Shown here: positions 35,991 to 44,850 of the stretch, one piece after another
Position numbering within the stretch: the stretch's first letter is position 1
How the letters are laid out: every line of letters starts with the position of its first letter
Virus record (IMG/VR): IMGVR_UViG_3300045988_149331
Coordinates: 1 to 64,000 of that record
Source: a virus
Length of the DNA stretch: 64,000 bases
Direction: 5' to 3' (one strand)
Notes under the pieces: generated by a model
Told to the model about the DNA's origin: nothing
Database searches by the model: none
What the model saw: only the letters and a program-made list of their open reading frames with translations
Position numbers and translations under genes: made by a program

Positions 35991-38372
35991 TTATTTCCTT
36001 GTAATTATTTTCGAACGGTTGAACACGATCATGAACGAGTTTCCGCAGTGATTACCGTTAGGCTGGATCATGGCGTCATAACCCTTCAACGCAGCGTATA
36101 CACCCAATACCTCGTCACACGATCGTGCGGCTTGATATATTCCGGCATAAATGTCCTTGTCGGGATTTCCGACGCTGTTGGTAGCCAATTTTCGGGCTGC
36201 ATCACGCTTTTCCTGATAGATACGGAAGGCGTCAGCGCGTTCCTTTTGAAGACGGTTTACTTCGTCGTCGAGATTATTGACAGCCTCCTTGACAGCTTCT
36301 TCGATACGGCCGTAGTGCTCGCGCATGATCCATTCCTTAAACTGGCGGACGGGATAGTTGTACGGACGTGAAAAGCCGCTTTTGCGCTTAATAGCGTTAT
36401 TCTCGTACCGGTAACGCGAGAACAGAAAACGCTCCGTAGTATTCGGCATTTTGATGACCAAATCACCACTCCCGTTGTTCTTCTCGGTAATAGTACCGCC
36501 ATTGGCCGTTACCCAGCCGCGGAGGTGGTTGTTCACGAAATCGTCAAATTTCATATAGTCCGGGTTGCCGTCATCGTCGATAGCACCCCAGTCGATGATC
36601 TGATCAATCTGCAACGGGATGTCCTTGTAGGCAAAGTCGTCCCAATGCATGTTGGCCTTAACCTGCTTTTCGGTAGTGTTGGTTAGGGTGTTCAGTTCTT
36701 GAGACAACTTGTTGTAGTTATCCTCCGCGTCTTGCTGCTCCTTAAGAGCCTTCTTGGCTGCAGGAGAAGTGGTGAGCGGCAGTTTCTGAATTTCATCACG
36801 AGCGTCTTGAACGGTAATCACCTTGGCGGAATCATCCAGTACAGCTTCGATGATAGCCCCGTTGTAACCAGCGTAACCACGGGCGTTTTTGTAAGACGAT
36901 GTGTGCTTGTACCCCGACGGCGTTTTATTGGCGTTATCAGAATCGTTGACGTGGAAATAGATTCCTTCGCCGTAAATACCTTGCGTACCGTAGAAACACG
37001 CGTCGTTGTACTTGAAGTCGTCAGCGTAATATTCCGTATCACTGCCGCGCACATTAACGCCACGGAACAGATGGTATTTTGACTGCGCCACCTTGGCCCA
37101 GAAGGTATTATCATCTACAACGTCAGGACGCACATCGAAACCGCGGGCCTTGCAAATATTGGACAGCATCTCCCATCCTACCTGATTATTGGTATTGGTT
37201 AACTTGTCCGCAGCACTGATTCCGCTGACGCTACTGTAGATTTCCGCCAACTCATCATCGGTGAACTCGCGGTACATTTCCGCATCCGGTTTCAGAGTTC
37301 GCGGCGCAACCTTTCTTTGCTGGCGTTGCAACTCTATCTCGTACTGTCCTCTGATGCGATCAAGGTCTTTGAAACGAGCCTCGATGATAGCACGCATCTT
37401 CGGTTTAGAGGCCAATTTACCAGCGTCGAAAAACGCCAACACCTCGTCTTTGCGTGCCTTTAAGGCGTCAATTTGGTTGATAAAATCCCGCGGCGTAAGG
37501 TTAGCTACAATCTGTGGGTTGTAGCGAACCATGCCGTCCCAGTCGATTTGACTGTTAAAAGGCTTATTGGCGCCTTGTGCTCGGTAGTCGAACGTACCGC
37601 CGTTATCCACGCGATAGACTTTGCCGGCGGCGTCAACCAAGCAGTTGTCATTCTGGTAGATATCCCAGTTGGCCAAAAAGGCATCAACGGCGAAGCCTTT
37701 GGCCATAGCGTCATAGTCCTTGGCCTGCGGCTCACTCATACCGCGCATGTACGGCGAAATAAGCGTCAAATCGGTTCCGTCGTCGTACATTTCATATTCT
37801 GGCGTGTCGAGCCCCAAGAGGTCATAAACCTGCGCGGCGTAGTATTCTGCAGCAACGTGACCGCGATTAGTGTTTTTAGAACTCTTGACGACAAACTCAC
37901 GCCCCTTAGAGTCCTTCATGAGTTTGGCTCCAGTACTACCGCCGAGGTCCTGCACATAGGTGAGGTCTGAAGGATCGGCAGGGAACATCTCGTTCAACTG
38001 CTTCTCTTCCTGAGCCAGCATGGCTTTAGAACGAAAGGCTCCTTTTCCAATAGGTTGGCCGTTGGCGGTCTTGTAAACTCGCCAGTCGTACGTCGTCTTG
38101 GCGTTAGGAGTCAGCGTCCAAATGTACACCACGCCATTCACGACCTTGGTCTGGCCAGGCATGATGGCTTTGGCTATCTCGGGGTCTTGATCGATACCGT
38201 GGATGTGGTCATACACCGATTTGGCGACGTACAGGTTGTACGAATAGTCGTCAGCAAAGTCTTCAGACCGCGCCTTATACGCTTCACACGCCTTCTCCAG
38301 TACGGCATCAGATATCTCGCCCTCAGCGTTACGGAGGGCGAAGACATCGAGTGCTTTTCTGAGTTCATCCAT
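35991..38372 (-). CDS. multidomain candidate packaged effector: protein-kinase-like domain plus ART/PARP-like domain
   Basis: Kinase-like features: 'LGGSTGAKLM', 'EFVVKSS', 'DAFLANWDIYQNDNCLV', 'RVDNGGTFDYRAQG'. ART-like features: 'YHLFRGVN', 'GIYGEGIYFH', 'GAIIEAVL'. Confidence 0.55.
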   Translation of the reverse strand: MDELRKALDVFALRNAEGEISDAVLEKACEAYKARSEDFADDYSYNLYVAKSVYDHIHGIDQDPEIAKAIMPGQTKVVNGVVYIWTLTPNAKTTYDWRVYKTANGQPIGKGAFRSKAMLAQEEKQLNEMFPADPSDLTYVQDLGGSTGAKLMKDSKGREFVVKSSKNTNRGHVAAEYYAAQVYDLLGLDTPEYEMYDDGTDLTLISPYMRGMSEPQAKDYDAMAKGFAVDAFLANWDIYQNDNCLVDAAGKVYRVDNGGTFDYRAQGANKPFNSQIDWDGMVRYNPQIVANLTPRDFINQIDALKARKDEVLAFFDAGKLASKPKMRAIIEARFKDLDRIRGQYEIELQRQQRKVAPRTLKPDAEMYREFTDDELAEIYSSVSGISAADKLTNTNNQVGWEMLSNICKARGFDVRPDVVDDNTFWAKVAQSKYHLFRGVNVRGSDTEYYADDFKYNDACFYGTQGIYGEGIYFHVNDSDNANKTPSGYKHTSSYKNARGYAGYNGAIIEAVLDDSAKVITVQDARDEIQKLPLTTSPAAKKALKEQQDAEDNYNKLSQELNTLTNTTEKQVKANMHWDDFAYKDIPLQIDQIIDWGAIDDDGNPDYMKFDDFVNNHLRGWVTANGGTITEKNNGSGDLVIKMPNTTERFLFSRYRYENNAIKRKSGFSRPYNYPVRQFKEWIMREHYGRIEEAVKEAVNNLDDEVNRLQKERADAFRIYQEKRDAARKLATNSVGNPDKDIYAGIYQAARSCDEVLGVYAALKGYDAMIQPNGNHCGNSFMIVFNRSKIITRK

Positions 38373-38378
38373 GGCTGG

Positions 38379-40136
38379 CTATTCGAACAACAGGGTTTCT
38401 GCCTTTTCGATCGACATTTCATCAACGTGGAGTGCGCCAAGATCAATCTCTTTGGCCTTCCACGTATCAGGGATCATGTCTTCAGCACCGAGTGTTTTGG
38501 CGCGACGCTTGATCCAGCGGCGAGCGCGTTCGGGGTTCTTAGCGTTGCCGGCGAGGCGGATGGCATTCTTCAGATCAGACTTGTTGCGGATCGGGAACGA
38601 GCCGTCGGGGAGGGCCTCCTTTTTCTTGGCGAGTTTATCGCGCTGCTCTTCGGTGAAATCGGCCTTTTCGAGCGATTCTGCGCCGTTAAGTAACTGCTCG
38701 GCCTTACTGATCGCGTCGGAGGTTTCGATCGGTTGAATGGCCTCATACGCGAGACTCTTCGTCAGCGCACGCACGGCACTCTTCTCCCACTCCTTTTGCT
38801 TCGCACCGATGAGGTTCGTCCACTCACCGCCCTGTTGGGCCATACGGTTAGAACGTTCCGTAGAGCGTTTTTCTGACAGAATGGTACCGAAAGTACGGGT
38901 GGTAAACTTGGCGGGATCGATCTTATCCTTATTCTTGACGATCAAATCGAACAGCTCTTGGCGTTCGGCCTTGTCCTCTTCAGGATCGTCAAGGTGAGGT
39001 GCCTGAGGTACGTCCATACTGGCGAATCGGTCTTTTAGTACCTCGATAGTTTCATCAACCGTCAGGTACACCTCCGACGAAAGCGTAGCGCGGCTGATGA
39101 TAGCTTTAGTATCTTCGTTCTTGGCGAGGTTCACCAAGTCCTTGTTGGTCATGATGATGATACGTCCCGTGAATACGAAATTCGACTTGACGTCTTCAGG
39201 GTCGCCGACGACGCGTTTACCACTGGCGGCAGTAGCTTTCTTCATGATAGAAGCCAGGTCGGCGCGGGTGATAACGGAATCGGTATCGTCGAACAGCAGA
39301 ATCTTGCCGTTGTGGGCCTTGAGTACGCCCAACAGCTGCTTCTTGGAGTTGATATCACCAAGTTCAACGTAGTCATAATCGCCGTCGCCAGGGGCGTCGG
39401 TCTCAGCGTCAAACGGACGCTTGTTGAGCAGTTCGGCGATCTTCTTGAAACCGTACGACTTACCAACGCCTGCGCCTCCGGCCGAGATCATGAAGCGTTG
39501 CTCCTTGTTGTCCAAGAACTCCAGATACTGGCGGTTCAGGTCGTACATTACCTCAACGGGCGGCTGGTAGTCGGGGTCCTTACGCTTCATCTTGTAGACG
39601 AAACGGTCGTAGGCGATACGGTCTTGGCGGTTCTGGAGTTTGTTGAATTTCTTCTGAACACGCGGGTCCTCGGGGTTGAGGAACCAGTCTTCCATAATCT
39701 CGCCATCGACGTTTTCACCTTCGCCGTCGTTAATATCAACCTTGTCTTGGGCGTTAGTAGGCGCAACGTCGTCCTGCTTGGAGGTCATCTTCAGCAGCGC
39801 GTCGAGTGTACCGGAGGTATCAACAGCCGAAGCGTCGAATTCGTCACGCGTCTTCAACTCCTCATAGGCAATCTTACGCAACTGCGCGTTGCCCTTGGGG
39901 TTGTTTACTACTTTGAGCAGATTGTCTGCGGAGGTACGCTTGGCCCACTCTTCAAGGCTGGCGGAACCGCCAGCAGAACCCGATTTACCTTCGTCGGCGG
40001 CAGGAGCCTTCTTGTTCTTGGCGTTTTTGTCGAGACGCCAGTTGAACTTTCCTGGCTTGTATTCGGTCCAAACCCACGGCTGTGTAGGGTGGTGGTCGCC
40101 GACGTTGTGTTTTGCTTTTTGGATAATGTCTGACAT
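38379..40136 (-). CDS. AAA+/P-loop ATPase domain protein with N- and C-terminal extensions
   Basis: Walker A 'SAGGAGVGKSY', Walker B 'KILLFDDTD', sensor-1-like 'IIIMTNK'. Confidence 0.6.
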   Translation of the reverse strand: MSDIIQKAKHNVGDHHPTQPWVWTEYKPGKFNWRLDKNAKNKKAPAADEGKSGSAGGSASLEEWAKRTSADNLLKVVNNPKGNAQLRKIAYEELKTRDEFDASAVDTSGTLDALLKMTSKQDDVAPTNAQDKVDINDGEGENVDGEIMEDWFLNPEDPRVQKKFNKLQNRQDRIAYDRFVYKMKRKDPDYQPPVEVMYDLNRQYLEFLDNKEQRFMISAGGAGVGKSYGFKKIAELLNKRPFDAETDAPGDGDYDYVELGDINSKKQLLGVLKAHNGKILLFDDTDSVITRADLASIMKKATAASGKRVVGDPEDVKSNFVFTGRIIIMTNKDLVNLAKNEDTKAIISRATLSSEVYLTVDETIEVLKDRFASMDVPQAPHLDDPEEDKAERQELFDLIVKNKDKIDPAKFTTRTFGTILSEKRSTERSNRMAQQGGEWTNLIGAKQKEWEKSAVRALTKSLAYEAIQPIETSDAISKAEQLLNGAESLEKADFTEEQRDKLAKKKEALPDGSFPIRNKSDLKNAIRLAGNAKNPERARRWIKRRAKTLGAEDMIPDTWKAKEIDLGALHVDEMSIEKAETLLFE

Positions 40137-40171
40137 ACGTTGTGCAGTTTTCCAGATAAATACTTGGAAAT

Positions 40172-40981
40172 CTACACCTCCACCGCGTCAAAGTCAATAT
40201 CAAATTTCTTGTACACAATTCGCAACTCCGGTACGCCGTTAATTGGCTTCTTCTTTTCGTCAATACGAGCGTTCAACGGCCAGCGCTTGAGTATGATGTC
40301 GTGCGCCCGCTGCACGCGCTCCTGGCGTTCGTATACGTCTTGGAGACCGCCGCCCTGGTTGGCTTCCTTGTTCATCTTACTCTGGAGAAGGAACCGCACG
40401 AACCGCGCGTAGACGATTCCCAGGTACATGCATTTCAACGAATAGTCGATGTCGCATTTCAACTCCAACTTTTCGTCAAAGTCCAGTTCCAGCGTCCGTA
40501 GCCCCTTGAAGACGATCAAGTGTGGAATACCGCCGTACTTGAAGCGCGGGCTGACGTCGGTACAACTCCAGTCGAAGGCGCTCTTGCCCATCGTTCCATA
40601 CTCAAAATCGGTTTCCATGACCTCGCGATCAAACTCCTCAAAGAACTCGCTGAGTTCTTCCGGCGTTTTCAACGACAGCCCACACTTGGCTTCACCGTCG
40701 ATCGAGTAGAAGAAGTTGGCGATGTCGTCATCCATCACCACCACCGGGTGGTTCTTGCGGAGGTAGGTGTTCTTGCAGAAATTTACCACGTAGCTGTAGC
40801 CGCGGTTCGAGGCCGGCAGCACAATCAGCCGCTCACGGGCGTGACCCGCTTCGACGTATTTTTCAACGTCCTCCTTTTCGACCACAATATTGTAGTCAAC
40901 GCCGCCCTTTTCCAACAGTTTAGTCGTGACGCACTTGGGGCGGTTCTTGGACACGACGAAGAATTGACAGTTCATACTCAA
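40172..40981 (-). CDS. GT-A-like glycosyltransferase (TET/JBP-associated-GT-like), paralog of 57887..58702
   Basis: 'FFVVSKNRPKCVTT', 'VVVMDDDI', 'KMNKEANQGGGLQDVYE...RWP'. Each aligns with the corresponding segment of 57887..58702. Confidence 0.5.
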   Translation of the reverse strand: MSMNCQFFVVSKNRPKCVTTKLLEKGGVDYNIVVEKEDVEKYVEAGHARERLIVLPASNRGYSYVVNFCKNTYLRKNHPVVVMDDDIANFFYSIDGEAKCGLSLKTPEELSEFFEEFDREVMETDFEYGTMGKSAFDWSCTDVSPRFKYGGIPHLIVFKGLRTLELDFDEKLELKCDIDYSLKCMYLGIVYARFVRFLLQSKMNKEANQGGGLQDVYERQERVQRAHDIILKRWPLNARIDEKKKPINGVPELRIVYKKFDIDFDAVEV

Positions 40982-41658
40982 AAGGGTAATTCACCTTCGG
41001 ACCATATTTCCTCGGGTGGGTTTTGTTCTATGAAACGTTGATATTTGTCTATCGTAGGCTCCAGCGACGGGTAGAACCTAAAGGCAAGTTCCCACTTGAC
41101 GTCAAACATATCGTCGCACGGGACTTTGCGCTTCATCAACACATTTTCGTTGTTGTAGCACTGAATTGTGACTTGCTGACGGCCACGCGAAGTGTACGAA
41201 TAGGGAAAGTCGCGATAGTACTCAGCCAGCGAAACCGTATCTTGAACAACGTCGTGAATGAACTGATTGAAGGGGTGTCCCAGCCCCAACGGCGCCAATA
41301 CGGTATAACCACGGTTGCGTCGTAGGAAACGACGCAAATGGTCGCGAAGCGTTTGTTCGGCGAAATTAAGCGTGTCAGTTCCGTATTTAGTTCTGAGGTA
41401 CGTATAGACGCTGGAGAGATTAAAGTCCTTGAAATGGTCGCCAAAATCGCTACAAATCGCATCTTCGAACCCAGTGTCGAAGACATCCATCGTAATACCC
41501 ATGAATTCATAGAGCGATCGCTGTTCTACAACGCGGTTTGGGTCGCTATCTACAGTAAGCACCCGAACGTCATATTCGGGTGCTACTAAAACGTGACAAG
41601 CGCTCATCAGGAGATCACCCGCGTGAGGCTCGACACACAGGTACTTTATTTTTCCCAT
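40978..41658 (-). CDS. PIG-L/LmbE-like deacetylase
   Basis: 226 aa. 'KYLCVEPHAGDLLMS' (HxxD strand, compare AHPDDE), 'VRVLTVDSD', 'GLGHPFNQFIHD'. Confidence 0.45.
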   Translation of the reverse strand: MGKIKYLCVEPHAGDLLMSACHVLVAPEYDVRVLTVDSDPNRVVEQRSLYEFMGITMDVFDTGFEDAICSDFGDHFKDFNLSSVYTYLRTKYGTDTLNFAEQTLRDHLRRFLRRNRGYTVLAPLGLGHPFNQFIHDVVQDTVSLAEYYRDFPYSYTSRGRQQVTIQCYNNENVLMKRKVPCDDMFDVKWELAFRFYPSLEPTIDKYQRFIEQNPPEEIWSEGELPF

Positions 41659-42605
41659 GGCCGCTTGTAGATTTTCTCAGCGCAGGGGCCGTCTTTCGAC
41701 ACGTCCTCAGCCATCTTCCGGATTTCCGGCGTGATAGGCGGCAGCGTTTGCTTACCCATTTTGTCAGGCAGGAAGCCGACGCGGACGCTTACGTGCGTAC
41801 ACCCCTGACACGGGCGGAAGCGGCGGTCGTTGTTGTACAGCATGACACGGGCGGCGTGAAAGCGCGGGTGGTTCCACAGGTCTTCGATGGGCATGTCGTG
41901 GATGTTGGCGATTGGGTACTCACCGCGGAAGTCATCACAGCACAGACACACCTGGCCATTCCACCTCACGTCCAGTTCGCGGAACGGGAAGGTGCACCGC
42001 TTGTTGTTGAACGAATCGTCAAGCGGGAAGGCCGCGCCGCAGTGGTTGGCCAGGCGACGTGTCATCTTGTTGGTGTCGTCGTGGGCGATAGGCGGCAGCA
42101 AGCAGATACGACGGCCCTGCTTGGGGTAGTAGTACGGAACGCCGGGTTCCAGCGTCACGACGTTGTACTTATCAACATCGATCTTCTCGACGAAATTCCA
42201 GTCGCCGTTGGCCGTGTAGCAGTCCACCAGAATATCGTTCATACCTGCTCCGAACAGCGCGTCGAGGTACGCCTCGGTGTCTTCAGCGTGGTTCATGGCG
42301 TAACCGTTACTGTACATATGAAACACAGCCTTCGGCAAGTGCTTGCGGAACGTGGCGACGATGTCGATGAAGGCAGGATTCAGCGTCGGTTCGCCGTGCA
42401 TAGCGAACACGAACTTACAGTTCCAACCCACCCGCGCTACCTCCGAAGCAATACGCTCGGCCGTTTCGACGGTCATGAAATTCCAGGGCTTGGTCCCCTT
42501 TTCACGCATACCGTGTAAACCGCAGAACGAACAACCGAGGTTACAGCCCTCGGTAGGTTCAATCTGCATGGTAAACGGGGGGTCTTGTACGATTTTGTTT
42601 TTCAT
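41646..42605 (-). CDS. radical SAM enzyme with a Cys-rich SPASM/twitch-like C-terminal domain
   Basis: CxxxCxxC 'EGCNLGCSFCG'. C-terminal 'RCTFPFRELDVRWNGQVCLCCDD...RPCQGCTH'. Confidence 0.8.
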   Translation of the reverse strand: MKNKIVQDPPFTMQIEPTEGCNLGCSFCGLHGMREKGTKPWNFMTVETAERIASEVARVGWNCKFVFAMHGEPTLNPAFIDIVATFRKHLPKAVFHMYSNGYAMNHAEDTEAYLDALFGAGMNDILVDCYTANGDWNFVEKIDVDKYNVVTLEPGVPYYYPKQGRRICLLPPIAHDDTNKMTRRLANHCGAAFPLDDSFNNKRCTFPFRELDVRWNGQVCLCCDDFRGEYPIANIHDMPIEDLWNHPRFHAARVMLYNNDRRFRPCQGCTHVSVRVGFLPDKMGKQTLPPITPEIRKMAEDVSKDGPCAEKIYKRPWEK

Positions 42606-43537
42606 TATTTTGTAACTTTAATGTTGAGTTTCACGTTCTTTAACTTTGGGTCTTTGAACTGACGCTTGACGGGCTTGGTGAAAGCGCGGGTTGCGGGGTC
42701 CCAATCGAAATTATCAGGCTTGTAATTAACCTGACACCGGCAGTAGGGGTGCGTCGGGTTAATCGTAGGGAGCCACTCTGCCGCCTTACGACCGATGTTG
42801 TTACCGTTAGCGATAAGGTCCGCCAAACGGAACAGTTTCGGTTTCGAGGTAGGGTCCTCGGGGTCTTCTAAGTACAACTCCCGGCACTTAGCGCACGCGC
42901 CTGGATAGACGTCGAAATACACTTTGGCGTCAGGCCCGTGTTGCTTGAAAATACTTTCAGCACGGCCCACGTTGTAGGCTTCGTGCAGGAGATAGTACGC
43001 AATACGCAGCCAATCGCGTCCCCAGTCTTGGGTAAGGTTTCCCAGTTCGCTGGCTACATAGCGCGCCCCCTTACGGAGTTGAACGGCTTGAATGGCCTTA
43101 TCTTTGATTTGCTGGCGTATAGCGGCCTGCTGACGGAAATTCGACTTGAGGATGGTGTTGCGTGTCCCGGTGACGATACGGTTGCCAAGCGATGTGATGT
43201 CGGTGTAGGCGCGGTTCTTGAGGTAATTGAGGGCGTTCTCTTCCTGTTCAGTGAGCGGTACAAAGTTTCCTGATTTCAAGAACTGAAGAAACTGTTTGTA
43301 GTTCATCTTCTTGGCGCGGGTATCGCCGATAGCCTCAGCCAAGATTCCAAACAGAAAGGCGTGTTCGATTATACCCTTAGAGTTCTTGTACTTATCGACG
43401 TTGACGCCTGACGCCACCAAGATGTCGATCTCCGACTGGGTCAGAAAATCCAATCCGACGTGCTTAGCAATAAACAGGTACTGCCAGCGCCGGAGAATAC
43501 CGACCATGTCGTCTATTTGGCGGTTATTGAAAATCAT
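42605..43537 (-). CDS. MuF-like (SPP1 gp7 family) minor head protein
   Basis: C-terminal 'INPTHPYCRCQV' matches the PxxHPNCRC signature of the Phage_Mu_F family. Confidence 0.7.
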   Translation of the reverse strand: MIFNNRQIDDMVGILRRWQYLFIAKHVGLDFLTQSEIDILVASGVNVDKYKNSKGIIEHAFLFGILAEAIGDTRAKKMNYKQFLQFLKSGNFVPLTEQEENALNYLKNRAYTDITSLGNRIVTGTRNTILKSNFRQQAAIRQQIKDKAIQAVQLRKGARYVASELGNLTQDWGRDWLRIAYYLLHEAYNVGRAESIFKQHGPDAKVYFDVYPGACAKCRELYLEDPEDPTSKPKLFRLADLIANGNNIGRKAAEWLPTINPTHPYCRCQVNYKPDNFDWDPATRAFTKPVKRQFKDPKLKNVKLNIKVTK

Positions 43538-44175
43538 CAGTCTTCAGTGCTCCAAGAGCCGTCGTTTTTTAATTCCCTGGCTTTTGGTCCATCAGATACA
43601 GTCTTCTTGATACCATATTCCCCAGGGCGTTCGTTTTCTTCACTCCGTACCTTGTTCGCAGTTTCCGCCGCTTTTTGATACGAACCACTCTTTACCTTCC
43701 GTAACAAACGAATGTCTTCTATCTTTATGGAATTTGGATATTTGCCCCCTATTTTGTTAACAAGTCCGTCTATTTTCACCTCAAAGCTATCGCCATCGCG
43801 GCTAACTATCTTCCCAACTGAATATGAATGATAACCGGAGCCGTTATTAACATGAACAATTACGACATCGCCATGGCTTAAATCGGAAGGTTCAACCTCG
43901 TGTCCTGAATTAAAATCCTCAACGGTGTACTGGTACAGTTTCTTGTTAGGTAATTTAATTGGCTTGAACTTAGGTTCTTTGTAAGGCATCCCAACGCGCC
44001 CTAATTTCCGATTTTCAGACGTGTCGGCGTATCGCCCGGTCTTCGAACGGGCTTTCTCCAACGCATCGCCGTCGGTTAGGTTTCCTTCAAAAGCACCTAT
44101 GGCTTTACACAAGTGGTCGTGGCGATATTGATTGGCTTCATGAAATGCCCTCGTCACTTCATCTACTACTCCCAT
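43537..44175 (-). CDS. candidate packaged protein with an 'EKAR..G.Y.D...NR.L.RVG..Y' motif and an SH3-like C-terminal part
   Basis: 'LEKARSKTGRYADTSENRKLGRVGMPY'. C-terminal 'GDVVIVHVNNGSGYHSYSVGKIVSRDGDSFEVKIDG'. Confidence 0.5.
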   Translation of the reverse strand: MGVVDEVTRAFHEANQYRHDHLCKAIGAFEGNLTDGDALEKARSKTGRYADTSENRKLGRVGMPYKEPKFKPIKLPNKKLYQYTVEDFNSGHEVEPSDLSHGDVVIVHVNNGSGYHSYSVGKIVSRDGDSFEVKIDGLVNKIGGKYPNSIKIEDIRLLRKVKSGSYQKAAETANKVRSEENERPGEYGIKKTVSDGPKARELKNDGSWSTED

Positions 44176-44678
44176 AATCTTACTCGTGATTCATGGCCGT
44201 GTTTAACGGCAATTCTACCGTTGTTAAGGTCGATTTCAACGCTCTTATCGGTAAGTGCAACAACTTTTCCAGGCTTATAACAAAACCCATTTTCAGCGTT
44301 CCCCAACTTGACGATAACAGCTCTGTACTTGGTGAGTTCGGAAAAGTCTTTGATCTTGATGGCTTCTTCGTCAAACATCTTTTTCCAAAACCACTCGATA
44401 TCAGGCCAGAGGCGAACCTCTTCGTTAACCCCTAACGACGCTGTAATCGGCGCACCATTGGGGAACAAATTCACCTCACACTTACCATCACTGACGCGTG
44501 ATAGCGTACCGATGTTATACCTCACCTTCCCCTTATCATCCTTCACGCGAACGATGACTCGTACAGGGTAAGGCGGTGTTACCTTCAACGCGCTGTTAGC
44601 AGCGATTGTTGTGCCGATATGCCAAATCTTCTCAGCCTTCGCTGCTGACACGGCCCAAATTATTTTTCTTTGGTCCAT
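44166..44678 (-). CDS. hypothetical protein with two SH3/KOW-like beta-barrel repeats
   Basis: 'VRVIVRVKDDKGKVRYNIGTLSRVSDGKCEVNLF...EEVRLW' and 'VIVKLGNAENGFCYKPGKVVALTDKSVEIDLN...SRVRLW'. Confidence 0.45.
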   Translation of the reverse strand: MDQRKIIWAVSAAKAEKIWHIGTTIAANSALKVTPPYPVRVIVRVKDDKGKVRYNIGTLSRVSDGKCEVNLFPNGAPITASLGVNEEVRLWPDIEWFWKKMFDEEAIKIKDFSELTKYRAVIVKLGNAENGFCYKPGKVVALTDKSVEIDLNNGRIAVKHGHESRVRLWE

Positions 44679-44850
44679 CTTCCTTTAATTCTTTTACCGC
44701 CGCAGCCGTAGCGTCGGCGATGTATTTTAGTACATCGCCTAACGCAGCGGCGTTGTTGGCGTTCCATTCGCGGATAAACCGATCTTCGTACTGAGTAACG
44801 GTGGGGAATGGCGACGGCAAAAAGTGGGTATGTTTGGCGTTGTAAGGCAT
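44632..44850 (-). CDS. hypothetical small protein
   Basis: 72-aa ORF with a 1-nt overlap with the upstream gene. Confidence 0.4.
   Translation of the reverse strand: MPYNAKHTHFLPSPFPTVTQYEDRFIREWNANNAAALGDVLKYIADATAAAVKELKEDGPKKNNLGRVSSEG

Noticed and set aside
38379-40136. The P-loop protein as the missing 5-hmdU DNA kinase of a thymidine hypermodification pathway.
   Set aside because: The Walker A, Walker B and sensor-1 spacing ('IIIMTN'), together with the 585-aa size, look like an AAA+ ATPase rather than a small polynucleotide-kinase-like P-loop kinase. The idea is left open only as a remote possibility.
41646-42605. The radical SAM enzyme as a viperin-like (pVip) antiviral nucleotide synthase.
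   Set aside because: The cluster context 'EGCNLGCSFCG' and the Cys-rich SPASM/twitch-like C-terminus differ from the viperin layout (N-terminal CNYKCGFC, no auxiliary cluster domain). The coupled GT and deacetylase genes point to sugar chemistry instead.
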